Shown here piece after piece: positions 36,224-46,174 of a stretch of DNA of 64,000 nt (position 1 is its first letter; the number at the start of each line of letters is the position of its first letter). The notes under the pieces were generated by a model, which made no database searches, had not been told where the DNA came from, and worked only from the letters and a program-made list of their open reading frames with translations. Source of the DNA: Gemmatimonadota bacterium. GTDB taxonomy: Bacteria; Gemmatimonadota; Gemmatimonadetes; Gemmatimonadales; GWC2-71-9. A program made the translations under genes and the position numbers. The stretch lies in the NCBI GenBank assembly GCA_036679605.1, contig JAZDCZ010000324.1, forward strand, positions 32,001 through 96,000. Reading direction: 5' to 3'.

Positions 36224-38035
36224 ATGAAACTACCAATTCAAGAATACCAGACCTGGTGGAGAGCAACTGGACTCCTCGTGGCTGTGTCGCTAGCAGGTTG
36301 TGGTGACGACGCGCAAATCACCGAGCCTGAGCCCATGGAGCGTATAGAACCTGCTGATATCTCCGGTGTCTGGGATTTTACCGAGGTGCTAGTGAGGAGT
36401 GCCCTCGTGGCGGCGTGCCGAGACACTGGTTCTTTCTCTTTCGGAGCCACCGCCAGTTTCTTGTCCGGAGAAGGGGAGCAGGTCGGAACCTGCGGAGGTG
36501 TGATCGGCGAATTCCCGAATGACCGAATCTTCCGGCTGCAGAATGTAGCGGTCGACGACTCCGCGATCAGCTTTGAGGTGGAGAGTGGTTGTAGGTACCG
36601 CGGTTCAATTTTTGCCGGCCCACCTGTGCGCATGGAGGGAGAGTCCGCGTGCAGCATTAATTTCGACGGGAACTGGGTGGCATTTCGCGGCGCGCCTGTG
36701 GCATCGCTCGATTTGCTGCCTGACTCGGTCGAAGTCGTTTTTGGAGAAACGGTCTTTCCGCTTCCAGTTTTGGTGAGTCAAACAGGGGCCCGCGTCTTCA
36801 AACGTCCCCTTACTTGGACCACATCCGATGCTGCGGTGGCTACAGTAACTGACAGTGGGGAGGTACAGGGAGCCGGAACAGGCACCGCAGTGGTGGCCGT
36901 AGCGGTGGAATCACTCGGGGCGCAGATCAACATCGCGTCTCGATTCGTGGATTTCGTGTCGGTCGAAGTCGGCCAATTTCACAGCTGCGGTATATCCACC
37001 GATGGATTTGTGTACTGCTGGGGAGTGAACGATGCCGGGCAGGTCAGCTCGATGCCAAGCGTAGCACCGTGTTTGGGCGTCAGATGCCACCGGGCGCCTA
37101 GCAGAGTAGCGGAAGTACCCCAGTTCGTAAGCGTCAGTGCAGGGTTTCGAAATACGTGCGGTGTGGTGACTGGTGGCGTGGTCTACTGTTGGGGCGTAAA
37201 CGACGCCGGGCAGCTCGGTAATGGGTCGAGCATTATTGCGAGCGACGTGCCGGTCGCGGTGTCGGGCGGCCTCGTGTTTTCCTCGGTTTCCGTAGGTACG
37301 AACCATGTGTGCGGGGTAGTCATGGGCGGTAGCGTGTACTGCTGGGGCTTCAATTTCGATGGAGAATTGGGCACGGGATCCACCGAGTCGCGCAATGTTC
37401 CGACCAAGGTTACCAGTAGCGAGGTATTTGTGTCTGTCACCGGCGGTGAGCGACACACCTGCGGGCTCACTGTCAACGCAATGGCCTATTGTTGGGGTTT
37501 CAATTTTGATGGGCAACTGGGCGCCGATGACTCGACCTTCCAAAGTGCCGTTCCGTTGGCAGTGGCTGGTGGACTGACGTTGGCCGGGGTGAGCGCCGGT
37601 CGGCTCCATACCTGTGGGCTTGCCACTGACGGCAAGACATACTGCTGGGGAGCGAACCGGGACGGTCAACTCGCACAAGATTCCATAGGCTTTAGTCTGG
37701 CGCCTTTGCAGGTGGCCACCGCCCCCGATTTCTCATCGATTACCGCCGCCGGCCGCCACACGTGCGGACTCACGGCCGATGGAACAGCCTTTTGCTGGGG
37801 GAGAGGCGCGGAGGGCCAGCTTGGCGATGCACAGACAGTTGAGCGGAGAACCCCTGTCATGGTGCGAGGTGGCCTCAAATTCACATCGCTGTCGGCAGGT
37901 GGATCCCACACATGTGGTCAAGCGACAGACGGCTTCCTGTATTGTTGGGGCTCTAACGCCGATGGTGAATTAGGGGACAACACACTGAACAGCCGCACGG
38001 TCCCGACGAAAGTGGTTGGCCAGACGGGCACCTAG
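36224..38035 (+). CDS. Lipoprotein with Ig-like (Big_2) domain and RCC1 repeats
   Basis: LAGC lipobox; WTTSDAAVATV; about 7 H.CG....G..YCWG.N..GQLG repeats. Confidence 0.9.
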   Translation: MKLPIQEYQTWWRATGLLVAVSLAGCGDDAQITEPEPMERIEPADISGVWDFTEVLVRSALVAACRDTGSFSFGATASFLSGEGEQVGTCGGVIGEFPNDRIFRLQNVAVDDSAISFEVESGCRYRGSIFAGPPVRMEGESACSINFDGNWVAFRGAPVASLDLLPDSVEVVFGETVFPLPVLVSQTGARVFKRPLTWTTSDAAVATVTDSGEVQGAGTGTAVVAVAVESLGAQINIASRFVDFVSVEVGQFHSCGISTDGFVYCWGVNDAGQVSSMPSVAPCLGVRCHRAPSRVAEVPQFVSVSAGFRNTCGVVTGGVVYCWGVNDAGQLGNGSSIIASDVPVAVSGGLVFSSVSVGTNHVCGVVMGGSVYCWGFNFDGELGTGSTESRNVPTKVTSSEVFVSVTGGERHTCGLTVNAMAYCWGFNFDGQLGADDSTFQSAVPLAVAGGLTLAGVSAGRLHTCGLATDGKTYCWGANRDGQLAQDSIGFSLAPLQVATAPDFSSITAAGRHTCGLTADGTAFCWGRGAEGQLGDAQTVERRTPVMVRGGLKFTSLSAGGSHTCGQATDGFLYCWGSNADGELGDNTLNSRTVPTKVVGQTGT

Positions 38036-38166
38036 TTCCTAGGCACTCGGCTATTTCCCAATAAAATCGCGATTTTCTGGCAACGAGTGCTTGCTCGACC
38101 GCTGAGTAATAATTATATAGACGGTGTAACAACTAAGAATATCATGTCCAACGTACCTCAATCCCG

Positions 38167-38838
38167 TTGGGAACCGAGCCTTTGAGTCGAGCTGGAAGAC
38201 CCAAGGCGCCGCTGACTGCGCCGGCCCATCTGATTACCAGGCGGGTGCGGCGGCTGGTAGACCAGGTACATGGCGGGAACCTTCGGCAGGCATGCCAATT
38301 GACGGGTCTGCCATACCCTACGCTACGGGATCTCTACATCGGGGGTACGGTCAATCCCGGCCTAGGAACTCTGGAAACTCTTCGGGCGCCATACGACCTT
38401 GGTCTCGAGTGGTTCACGAATCTTGACGAACCGACTCAGGGCCCGGCTGAGGGCCTCAAGGGTGTGGTGCCGCCCAAACCAGCCGCTGGTGCGAGAGGTC
38501 GATCCTTGAGAGAAGTATTGATTCCGTTTACGGCGTGGCCGATGTACGAGATCATGGTCAAGGTAGAGCGGCGCTTGGCGAGCGAGCGGGTCGGTCCGGA
38601 CCGTGCGATAGTGGCGGAGGCCACGGGCGATGCGTTCACTTTTCGACTCACGACCTTCTTGTTGCAGCCGTTACTGGCAGCGGAGAAGGCGGGCCTCGAA
38701 TCTATTATTCTGACGCTCGCCGAGTTCGAGAGTGGAGCTGACAGCACTGTGATCGAAGCACGTGAGCTGTGGGTCGGGCGGCTTCGGGCGTTGGGTGAAA
38801 CGTGGCAGGCTGTGCTGAGCGAGTTCTTGAGCGACTAG
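38167..38838 (+). CDS. Hypothetical protein with N-terminal XRE-like HTH
   Basis: GGNLRQACQLTGLPYPTLRDLYIGGTVNPGLGTLETL. Confidence 0.65.
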   Translation: MGTEPLSRAGRPKAPLTAPAHLITRRVRRLVDQVHGGNLRQACQLTGLPYPTLRDLYIGGTVNPGLGTLETLRAPYDLGLEWFTNLDEPTQGPAEGLKGVVPPKPAAGARGRSLREVLIPFTAWPMYEIMVKVERRLASERVGPDRAIVAEATGDAFTFRLTTFLLQPLLAAEKAGLESIILTLAEFESGADSTVIEARELWVGRLRALGETWQAVLSEFLSD

Positions 38839-38913
38839 CCGCGCTCTAACATCGCGCCACGTCAAGGGTTGTCATTGTGTTAGGGGGAATGCCAGAAAAC
38901 GATAGATACGTGG

Positions 38914-39135
38914 TCAGTTCTTGTGTCTGAACGTGATCCGGCCGCGACTGAGATCGTACGGCGATACCTCGACAGTGACTCTGTCCCCCGCCAGGACGCG
39001 GATCCGAAAGCGGCGCATCTTGCCGGCTATGGTGCAAAGTACGGTGTGGTCGTTCTCCAGCAGTACACGGAAGGTAGCGTTAGGTAATACTTCAGAGACT
39101 TTGCCTTGAAGTTCTATTGCTTCGTGTTTCGCCAT
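38914..39135 (-). CDS. infA: Translation initiation factor IF-1
   Basis: [24 protein letters not shown]...[13 protein letters not shown]. Confidence 0.97.
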   Translation of the reverse strand: MAKHEAIELQGKVSEVLPNATFRVLLENDHTVLCTIAGKMRRFRIRVLAGDRVTVEVSPYDLSRGRITFRHKN

Positions 39136-39260
39136 ATTGGTTGTCTAGATCTCCGGCTCGACTGCGAGTGACCCGTTTATCGCGATGGAATCGCAGGGCC
39201 TAGAACGGACAAGGGGGCGGCCCAGGCATAGAACCCGGACAGCCCCCAGGTCACAACTGC

Positions 39261-39345
39261 TTAGAGGTTGGATATCGCTCAGGTCTCTACCCTAGTCATA
39301 GCCCTAGGTGTCATTGGACCACTTTGCTTTCCCGATGGTGCGCAT
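39261..39345 (-). pseudogene. Cold-shock protein (Csp) remnant
   Basis: GGGGAG RBS then MRTIGKAKWSNDT*GY, a decayed 'M.T.G.VKWFND.KGY'; far too short and with in-frame stops. Confidence 0.7.
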
Positions 39346-39479
39346 GTGTCGTACTCCCCAAATTGATTCGTCAGAGTCCGGCACTGTCGCACAGACCGAC
39401 TACTGATCACCGCTCGGATTCGAGCCCCCGCGCTTGGGCTACAACCGTTCCACGACGGTCGACTATCTCAGGTAGACCC

Positions 39480-39511
39480 AAAAAGAGGACCTGCGCACGA
39501 GCCAGGTCCTC
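39480..39511 (-). terminator. Rho-independent terminator downstream of the rhomboid gene
   Basis: GAGGACCTG-loop-CAGGTCCTC followed by TTTTT on the minus strand. Confidence 0.7.
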
Positions 39512-39579
39512 AACCTGTCCTAATCCCCAACATAGCCCCCCTCCCCGTTCGTGTCAAAACGCCACCAGCGCCGCAGTAT

Positions 39580-40344
39580 TCACTTTGCAGCAAACCGCTC
39601 GAGGAAATCCCGCTCTTCAGAACTCAGGCTGGAAACACCGCTCTCATTGATCTTATCTAGCACGCGATCCAACTCTTCGCGGTTCACAGGGTGCAAGTCT
39701 TCACGGCTGATTCGCGACCATTTTTTGACCTCGGCTTGATCAGGTCGCACTCCCCGCTTCGCGGGTGTCTGAGCCTGCGAGCGAAACTGCCCGGCAGGGG
39801 ACCTGCGTTCCCACCACTTGAGATAAAGGAACCCTCCCAAGAAACCGCCGAGATGAGCGAAATGTGCGACCCCTCCTCCTGCGCCGCCGAAGCCGGCGTA
39901 GAGCGAGAACACAGTCATTACAATGACCAACGTACGCGCTTCGATCGGGAGGATTCCCCAAATGTAGATCCTGTCTTTCGGCCAGTATTTTGCGAAGCCG
40001 AGCAGCACTCCAAAAACTGCGCCCGACGCCCCGACGATGGCTACCCGGGGTGTGAGCGGTATCGAAAGGATCGCTCCCATGAGGCCGCTCACGAAATAGA
40101 GCGTCAGAAACGGTCGGCCTCCCAGTCTCGATTCGAGTCGCGGCCCAAAAAAATACAGCGCCAACATGTTGAAGAATATGTGCCCAAATCCGGCGTGGAG
40201 AAACATATAGGTGACGAGCGTCCACGGCCGGATCAGCGCAAACATTGGTATGAACATCAACTGCGTTTCTATATTCGGGAACACTCGTGTCAGGAAGAAC
40301 AGCGCGACGTTCGCGTATAGAATTCGGGTTACCCAAGGAGTCAT
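39580..40344 (-). CDS. Rhomboid intramembrane serine protease
   Basis: HIFFNM, GASG, AHLGG; C-terminal D..LDKI..SG..SL..EE domain. Confidence 0.93.
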   Translation of the reverse strand: MTPWVTRILYANVALFFLTRVFPNIETQLMFIPMFALIRPWTLVTYMFLHAGFGHIFFNMLALYFFGPRLESRLGGRPFLTLYFVSGLMGAILSIPLTPRVAIVGASGAVFGVLLGFAKYWPKDRIYIWGILPIEARTLVIVMTVFSLYAGFGGAGGGVAHFAHLGGFLGGFLYLKWWERRSPAGQFRSQAQTPAKRGVRPDQAEVKKWSRISREDLHPVNREELDRVLDKINESGVSSLSSEERDFLERFAAK

Positions 40345-40395
40345 GCGACGAAGGGTAGATGCATGACTGCGCGTGCGCTAGACTCCGACCTTGGC

Positions 40396-41019
40396 CTATT
40401 CCCCATCGGCCTCGGGCGACTGTACGTAGGCGCGCTCGATTATCACAGGCTTCGCGGGCACATCCGCCATGCGCTCACGTCGGGTAGTCTGTACCTTGCT
40501 GATTGCGTCAACGACGTCCATTCCCTCGACCACCATGCCGAATACCGCGTAGCCAAGGGACGTATCGGTCGGATCCAGGTTTGGGTTGTCGACTACGTTG
40601 ATATAGAACTCGTCGAGCGCGCTCTGCGGGTCATTCGTTCGAGCCATTGCAACTGCGCCGCGCCGGTTGAGCAATCCGTTGTAGCTCTCGTTCTGGATCG
40701 GTGTTCCCCGAGTGGATCGCGACGCAAAGCTCGGACTGTAACGGCCTGCCTGTATCATGAAATCGGCTATCACTCGATGAAATACCAAGTTGTCGTAGAA
40801 TCCAGACTTGACGTGAGAAACAAAGTTGGAGACGCTGTGCGGCGCTTTGTCTCGGTCTAGCTTCATTACGAATCGACCCATACTGGTCTCGAAGACTACA
40901 GTAATAGCCCCGTCACCTGCGGCTGGCTTGGCCTCGTCGTTTTCGCCTTTTTCTCCAACGCACGATACTGAGAGCGTCAGCAGTGCTACAGTAGATAGAA
41001 CCCGCTGCAGTGATCTCAT
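40396..41019 (-). CDS. Cyclophilin-type peptidyl-prolyl isomerase (lipoprotein)
   Basis: FHRVIADFMIQAG, AMART, YAVFG.VVEGMDVVD.I. Confidence 0.93.
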   Translation of the reverse strand: MRSLQRVLSTVALLTLSVSCVGEKGENDEAKPAAGDGAITVVFETSMGRFVMKLDRDKAPHSVSNFVSHVKSGFYDNLVFHRVIADFMIQAGRYSPSFASRSTRGTPIQNESYNGLLNRRGAVAMARTNDPQSALDEFYINVVDNPNLDPTDTSLGYAVFGMVVEGMDVVDAISKVQTTRRERMADVPAKPVIIERAYVQSPEADGE

Positions 41020-41111
41020 TCCGTCTCCTTGCCCATCGTATGTGGCGCCCCGGCCGCGGAGCGATGCAGGACGCTGAGCGCACTCCTGCGTAAGAGCATC
41101 GGCTAATCTTG

Positions 41112-41723
41112 CTACATGTAGACCGGTCGGAAATCCTTGGTGAGTTCGTACACCAGGTGTTCAATCAGGTGGCCGTAGGCATCATCAGGATCGTCGGCCG
41201 TTAGTCGAATGTTGCCGTCGATGACGTCGAACTCTCCTACCACCTCGGTCGCCGTCGCCGAGTTGCGCCAGATGGTGCGACCAGTTTCTGTCGACACCAG
41301 GCTGACCGTTAGACGTATGCTGAGCATGTCACCCGTGTACAATGCGTCGGACAACGCGGACCGCGGGTCCACTACGGAGACCTCGATCTGGCCGACAAAA
41401 ATGGCCGGTACATCATGCTCCTTCCCTAGCGCTCGAGCTGCGCGTCCATCGAACCGATCCCGGCCAAGGCCTTCCAGTACATCGGTCAGGGGACCGAGAT
41501 CGAGTATCTCGGCTTCGGGCAATGCGGTCAGCACCTCGTCCCCAAAATATTCGGTGACGAGGTCGGGAAGATCACCTGCGGGATGTCCTGAGGTGAACAC
41601 GATAAGGCCGAGGCGGTGCATATCGAACAGGTCTACTTTGGGCGGCAGCAGCATCTTGGCCCCGCAGCCGTTGGACAATGCCGCCGCTAGGACCAGGGTG
41701 ACAAAAGGGCGAAAACCAGTCAT
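41112..41723 (-). CDS. Lipoprotein, CsgG/TolB-N-like fold
   Basis: Lipobox-like SNGC; LVSTETGRTIW. Confidence 0.65.
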   Translation of the reverse strand: MTGFRPFVTLVLAAALSNGCGAKMLLPPKVDLFDMHRLGLIVFTSGHPAGDLPDLVTEYFGDEVLTALPEAEILDLGPLTDVLEGLGRDRFDGRAARALGKEHDVPAIFVGQIEVSVVDPRSALSDALYTGDMLSIRLTVSLVSTETGRTIWRNSATATEVVGEFDVIDGNIRLTADDPDDAYGHLIEHLVYELTKDFRPVYM

Positions 41724-42166
41724 GTGAGATTCTTGTCTTCGATCCTGTGCAGCGCAACCCGCAGTTGTGCTACCCGCTCGATCACCGCTAGCAAGTCTGA
41801 GTCGAGCTTCGCGGATAGGCGGGCGTTAACCGCACCGTAGCCCTGCATTTTGGTGCTCATGCAATCGTGTAGCTGAGTCCATGCTGCTGACAGCAGGGCT
41901 GTCACCTTGTGGCGACGCGAAACGATTTTTTCTGACAAATGAAAGCGGTGGGCCAGGTCGGTGAGCTGTTGGGAGATACCGGCTATCTCGCTTCGGAGCA
42001 GAGTCTCCTCTTCGGTTGAGAAGTCGTTCTCGACGCGGGTAAACACACCCGTTGGCACCGATGTATTCGAGCCAGCGAGAGCGTCAGCCAGTTCATCGGC
42101 CACCAGTGCAAGGCTGACACTCAAGTGTCGATGCTGGGCCTCGGTCAGAAGGGTTCGGTCGGGCAT
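41720..42166 (-). CDS. Hypothetical helical protein resembling a dynamin-associated N-terminal domain
   Basis: LTEAQHRHL...KMQGYGAV motif. Confidence 0.55.
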   Translation of the reverse strand: MPDRTLLTEAQHRHLSVSLALVADELADALAGSNTSVPTGVFTRVENDFSTEEETLLRSEIAGISQQLTDLAHRFHLSEKIVSRRHKVTALLSAAWTQLHDCMSTKMQGYGAVNARLSAKLDSDLLAVIERVAQLRVALHRIEDKNLT

Positions 42167-42182
42167 TTGAACGTGACTCCTG

Positions 42183-43169
42183 TCAATCCAATTGCAACAC
42201 GGCTGCACCCTTGAGCCGGCCTTCACGTAATGCCGACAGTGCCTCATTGGCAGCTGTGAGGGGATATGGTTGTACATGGGTCCGGATCGGTATTTGCGGG
42301 GCTAGGGCCATGAACTCGATGCCGTCTCGTCGCGTGAGATTTGCGACTGACCGCACACTTCGCTCGCCCCACAGTATGCTGTACGGGAACGCTGGGATAT
42401 CGCTCATGTGAATGCCGGCGCATACCACGGTGCCACCCCGCACTACAGACCGTAGGGCCGTGGGAATGAGCGCGCCAACCGGAGCGAAGATGATTGCAGC
42501 ATCGAGTTCCTCGGGCGGAGCCTCGGATGACGAGCCGGCCCACCGTGCTCCCAGCTCCCTGGCGAATTCCTGGCCTTCCGAGTCGCCACTACGAGTGAAT
42601 GCGAAAACTTCCCGTTCCTGATAGTGCGCGACCTGCAGCACGATGTGCGCCGCGGCACCAAAGCCATATATGCCGAGCCGAACGGCGTTACCTGTAGCCA
42701 GCAGGGATCGGTAGCCGATGAGTCCGGCACAGAGCAAGGGCGCCGCCTGGAGATCGGTGTAGTCATCTGGAATCGGAAATGCAAAGCGCTCGTCGGCTAC
42801 AACATACTCGGCGTATCCTCCGTCCACATGATATCCGGTGAACTCAGCCTGGGCGCACAGATTTTCGCGTCCCGACGTGCAGTAACTGCACGTGCCGCAC
42901 GTTTTCCCCAGCCAGGGGACACCGACTCGGTCACCCGGAGTGTATCGCTCGACATCACTGCCTGTCTGCACAACGGTGCCGACGATCTCGTGCCCAGGCA
43001 CGAGAGGCAACTTGGGGTCCGGCAGATCGCCATCCACGATGTGCAGGTCTGTGCGACAGACGGCGCAGGTCCGGACCCGTATTAGGAGTTCCGAAGATCC
43101 GGGTTCGGGATCAGCGAGTTCGAGCGGTTCCAGCTCTTGGCGCGGACGTTGGAGAACCATTGCCTGCAT
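42183..43169 (-). CDS. Zinc-dependent alcohol dehydrogenase family
   Basis: CRTDLH, GHE, CGTCSYC...NLC, GIYGFG. Confidence 0.93.
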   Translation of the reverse strand: MQAMVLQRPRQELEPLELADPEPGSSELLIRVRTCAVCRTDLHIVDGDLPDPKLPLVPGHEIVGTVVQTGSDVERYTPGDRVGVPWLGKTCGTCSYCTSGRENLCAQAEFTGYHVDGGYAEYVVADERFAFPIPDDYTDLQAAPLLCAGLIGYRSLLATGNAVRLGIYGFGAAAHIVLQVAHYQEREVFAFTRSGDSEGQEFARELGARWAGSSSEAPPEELDAAIIFAPVGALIPTALRSVVRGGTVVCAGIHMSDIPAFPYSILWGERSVRSVANLTRRDGIEFMALAPQIPIRTHVQPYPLTAANEALSALREGRLKGAAVLQLD

Positions 43170-43194
43170 TATTGTCGTCCGTGTCTACCGGAAT

Positions 43195-44202
43195 CTAGGC
43201 CGGCTGATCGCGCAGACCGCCGAGTTCGATCGATGTACCCATGCCGGATTCGAGGGCCATCTGATAGACGTGTCTGCCGGCGGCGACATCCTGCACGGCA
43301 ATGCCGAGTGACTTGAATAGGGTGATCTCGTTGTCGGACGTGCGCCCAGCAACGCGCTTGAGTAGAAGGTCTCCGATTTCACCCATGATGTGATCGTCCG
43401 TAATGGCACCTTCCTTCCTAGGTATCAAGAAGTCACCGGCCTCGTTTATTGCCGATTCGAAACTATCGACGAACAGGCGTGAGTTGACGACGGCGGCCGT
43501 GTCCAATTCACGCGTCCATGGTGTCGCTGAACCAACTGCGTTAACGTGCGCGCCCGCGGCAATCCACGGACCGCAAAGCACAGGCTCGCTTGCGCCCGTT
43601 GTAGTGCATATCAGATCTGCTTCGCTGACGGTGTCGGCAACCTCAGCAAAAACCTCGATCGTGATGTCGTGCCGTGCCGATTCACGTTTTGCAAAAGCGG
43701 TGGCTCGTTCCGCGCGTCTACTCCATACACGAACCCGCGAAATCCGGCGCACGGCTATCATGGCCTCGAGGTGTGTGCGAGCCTCCACACCAGATCCTAG
43801 AATGGCTAGATCGTGAGCATCAGTGCGTGCAAGTAGGTCGGTCGCCACACCGGATGCCGCAGCTGTGCGGATCGACGTTATCTCACTCGCGTCCATCAAA
43901 GCGATCATCCTGCCGTCCTTCTCGTCAAACAATAGCACGGCTCCCTGATGTGAATCGAACGGTGTATCGAGGTTCTTGGGGAAGACCGTTATCACCTTGA
44001 TTGCAAGAGTTTGGTTTGAGGCCAGGTAGGCCGGCATCATGGCCAACACGCCACGCTCATCCGGCAGTTTCAGGACGGGCCTCAACGGTAGGACAGCCTC
44101 TCCTCGTGTAAATGAAGTGAACGCGTCGCGCATCAGGCCGATGCACCTATCCATCGGGAGCAACTGTGCCACCTCGGCTTGACTGATGATGAGCAGCGAC
44201 AT
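43195..44202 (-). CDS. Ornithine cyclodeaminase / mu-crystallin family
   Basis: ITSIRTAAAS, GSG.EA..H, FKSLGIAVQD. Confidence 0.92.
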   Translation of the reverse strand: MSLLIISQAEVAQLLPMDRCIGLMRDAFTSFTRGEAVLPLRPVLKLPDERGVLAMMPAYLASNQTLAIKVITVFPKNLDTPFDSHQGAVLLFDEKDGRMIALMDASEITSIRTAAASGVATDLLARTDAHDLAILGSGVEARTHLEAMIAVRRISRVRVWSRRAERATAFAKRESARHDITIEVFAEVADTVSEADLICTTTGASEPVLCGPWIAAGAHVNAVGSATPWTRELDTAAVVNSRLFVDSFESAINEAGDFLIPRKEGAITDDHIMGEIGDLLLKRVAGRTSDNEITLFKSLGIAVQDVAAGRHVYQMALESGMGTSIELGGLRDQPA

Positions 44203-44208
44203 GCTTAT

Positions 44209-44589
44209 CTATGGCCCTTTGAACCTCTCGATATCCCTGCGTTCCTTCTTCGTAGGGCGTCCCTTGGTACCTAAAGTCGTCTCCGAAATAGATCGTAACT
44301 GGATTGCCGCACTCTCGCGGCGATGCCTCGACTCTTCGGTTTCTTCGTAGAGAGCCTGCGCGTCAGTTGCGGGCCCGCGGCGTTCGGAGAGGGTCTTTAC
44401 TACAATTACGTACTCATAAACGCCCTTCCGAATTCGCAATTCATCTCCTGGGCGTACGGATTTGGCTCGCTTGGCGCGTTGGCTGTTTAGCTGCACCTTG
44501 CCGCCGTCTATGGCCGTTCCCGCCAAGGATCTGGTCTTGTAGAATCTGGCGGCCCAAAGCCATTTGTCGAGCCGGGTACCCTCGCTCAC
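44209..44589 (-). CDS. hslR: Heat-shock protein 15 (S4 RNA-binding)
   Basis: RLDKWLWAARFYKTRS...GRPTKKERR. Confidence 0.93.
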   Translation of the reverse strand: MSEGTRLDKWLWAARFYKTRSLAGTAIDGGKVQLNSQRAKRAKSVRPGDELRIRKGVYEYVIVVKTLSERRGPATDAQALYEETEESRHRRESAAIQLRSISETTLGTKGRPTKKERRDIERFKGP

Positions 44590-45329
44590 GGCTTGAGTCT
44601 TACAGCTCCAGCCAGTGTGTCATTGTGTCTGAGGATGAGGGTGCGAAGGTAGGTCCCGATACGATCGCTTCCCTCGAAGCCAGCTGCTAGTGCTGCCGCC
44701 TGCTGTTCTTCGGGAGGATTGTCCCCACTGGCCGCGAAGTGTTTGAGGTCCTTGTACACTCCAATGGTGAAGGAGTCCCAGGCCGCGCCTCCAGTGCGAG
44801 TAAAGAGCAAGTTCTGGGGTCGGTCGAGACTAGCCAGGTACTGGTTTTCCATCTCCCGCTCGTGGAACAGTGCACCGCGCTTTCCGGCCAGTGCCACGAA
44901 CATCTCTACGTGGTAGAACGATCCCCTGCTCATGACGGCATTCAGCTCGTCGAGCGGGGGACCCTTGGCAAATACTTCCTCGCGCCAAGAAACATGTTGG
45001 CCGAGTGCGTGTTGAAAGTCCGCGTCAGTCACACCGGCGTCAGCCGCGGCTCGCCCCCTCCGTGCGGCTCTCTGGGCGGAGTGGAATTCGGTCAGGTTGC
45101 CGACTGGAAAAATGAGCATGAGATCCCAGTGGTCACCCTGGCTGTGTCGCAACATGAACGGCACTCCGTCACCCGAAGCCTCGTAGACAGGAACGCGATC
45201 CCTGTACATTTTGATCACGTCGAGTAAACTGCCTGGCGCGGCTTGAAGCAGAAGTGTGCGGTAGAGGTAAGTGGTGTCGGCCTGTATCGGTGCCGCAACC
45301 ATCGCTGCGGCCAGCAGCACGATGCTCAT
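44586..45329 (-). CDS. Exported hypothetical protein
   Basis: Signal peptide; RHSQGDHWDLM, FYHVEMF motifs. Confidence 0.7.
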   Translation of the reverse strand: MSIVLLAAAMVAAPIQADTTYLYRTLLLQAAPGSLLDVIKMYRDRVPVYEASGDGVPFMLRHSQGDHWDLMLIFPVGNLTEFHSAQRAARRGRAAADAGVTDADFQHALGQHVSWREEVFAKGPPLDELNAVMSRGSFYHVEMFVALAGKRGALFHEREMENQYLASLDRPQNLLFTRTGGAAWDSFTIGVYKDLKHFAASGDNPPEEQQAAALAAGFEGSDRIGTYLRTLILRHNDTLAGAVRLKP

Positions 45330-45473
45330 TTAAGGCCTCCCGCCCGATGCATAAGGGTTATGATGACTTTGGCAGAAGATCGCGCCACGGGCCAAACCTC
45401 GCAACCGGAGCAACTTGCAAGGTGGCACGTATGCGAAGTATCATCAGACGCTTTCGACACGCCAATCGGAGTT

Positions 45474-46157
45474 ATGATGCAAAGGGTTTTCAACCTATAT
45501 CGGTCGTCCGTCGGCAAGAAGGTGATGATGGCTGCTACGGGCGTCGTTTTCTTTCAATTCGTCATTCTACATATGCTCGGCAACCTGAAGGCGTTTCAGG
45601 GGGCGGAGAAGTTCGATCACTACGCGGAATTCCTGCGGGAAATGGGTGCACCGATCTTCGGGCGTGGGCAAGCTCTGTGGATCTTTCGCATCGGATTGCT
45701 GCTGGCCGTCACGGTCCACATAGTTGCTGCCACTCAGCTGTGGCGTATGAGCAAGAGCGCACGCCCCGTCAAGTACAGTCATCGATTGGATGCTGGAGCG
45801 TCTACGTACGCTTCTCGCACAATGCGTTGGGGCGGGATCATCATTGCACTCTTTGTCGTTTATCATCTCCTGCATTTTACCGTGGGCACAGTACATCCCG
45901 ATTTCGTGCCCGGTTCACCCTATCACAATCTTGTGACCGGATTCCAATGGTGGCCGGTGCCGATAGCGTACATAGTTGCCATGTGTGCTCTGGCCATGCA
46001 CATCTATCACGGAGTGTGGAGCAGTTTCCAGACTGTCGGGGCTAACCACCCACGATACAATCGCCTCAGGAGACCGTTTGCAGCACTGATAGCAATAATG
46101 ACCTTCCTTGGATTCGTGTCGATACCGGTGTCGGTTCTAGCCGGTATCCTGAAATAA
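45474..46157 (+). CDS. sdhC: Succinate dehydrogenase cytochrome b subunit
   Basis: SSVGKK..MA.TG, HMLGNL, heme His residues; precedes sdhA. Confidence 0.92.
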   Translation: MMQRVFNLYRSSVGKKVMMAATGVVFFQFVILHMLGNLKAFQGAEKFDHYAEFLREMGAPIFGRGQALWIFRIGLLLAVTVHIVAATQLWRMSKSARPVKYSHRLDAGASTYASRTMRWGGIIIALFVVYHLLHFTVGTVHPDFVPGSPYHNLVTGFQWWPVPIAYIVAMCALAMHIYHGVWSSFQTVGANHPRYNRLRRPFAALIAIMTFLGFVSIPVSVLAGILK

Positions 46158-46174
46158 GTGTTGGAGGCGAGATA

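Noticed and set aside
36950..38030. Periodic DNA repeats (TACTGCTGGGG-like)
   Set aside because: Explained by RCC1 protein repeats.
39405..39455. tRNA-like words on the minus strand (GTAGCCCAAGCG...GCTCGAATCC)
   Set aside because: No anticodon arm, and no paired T-stem or acceptor stem; not a tRNA.
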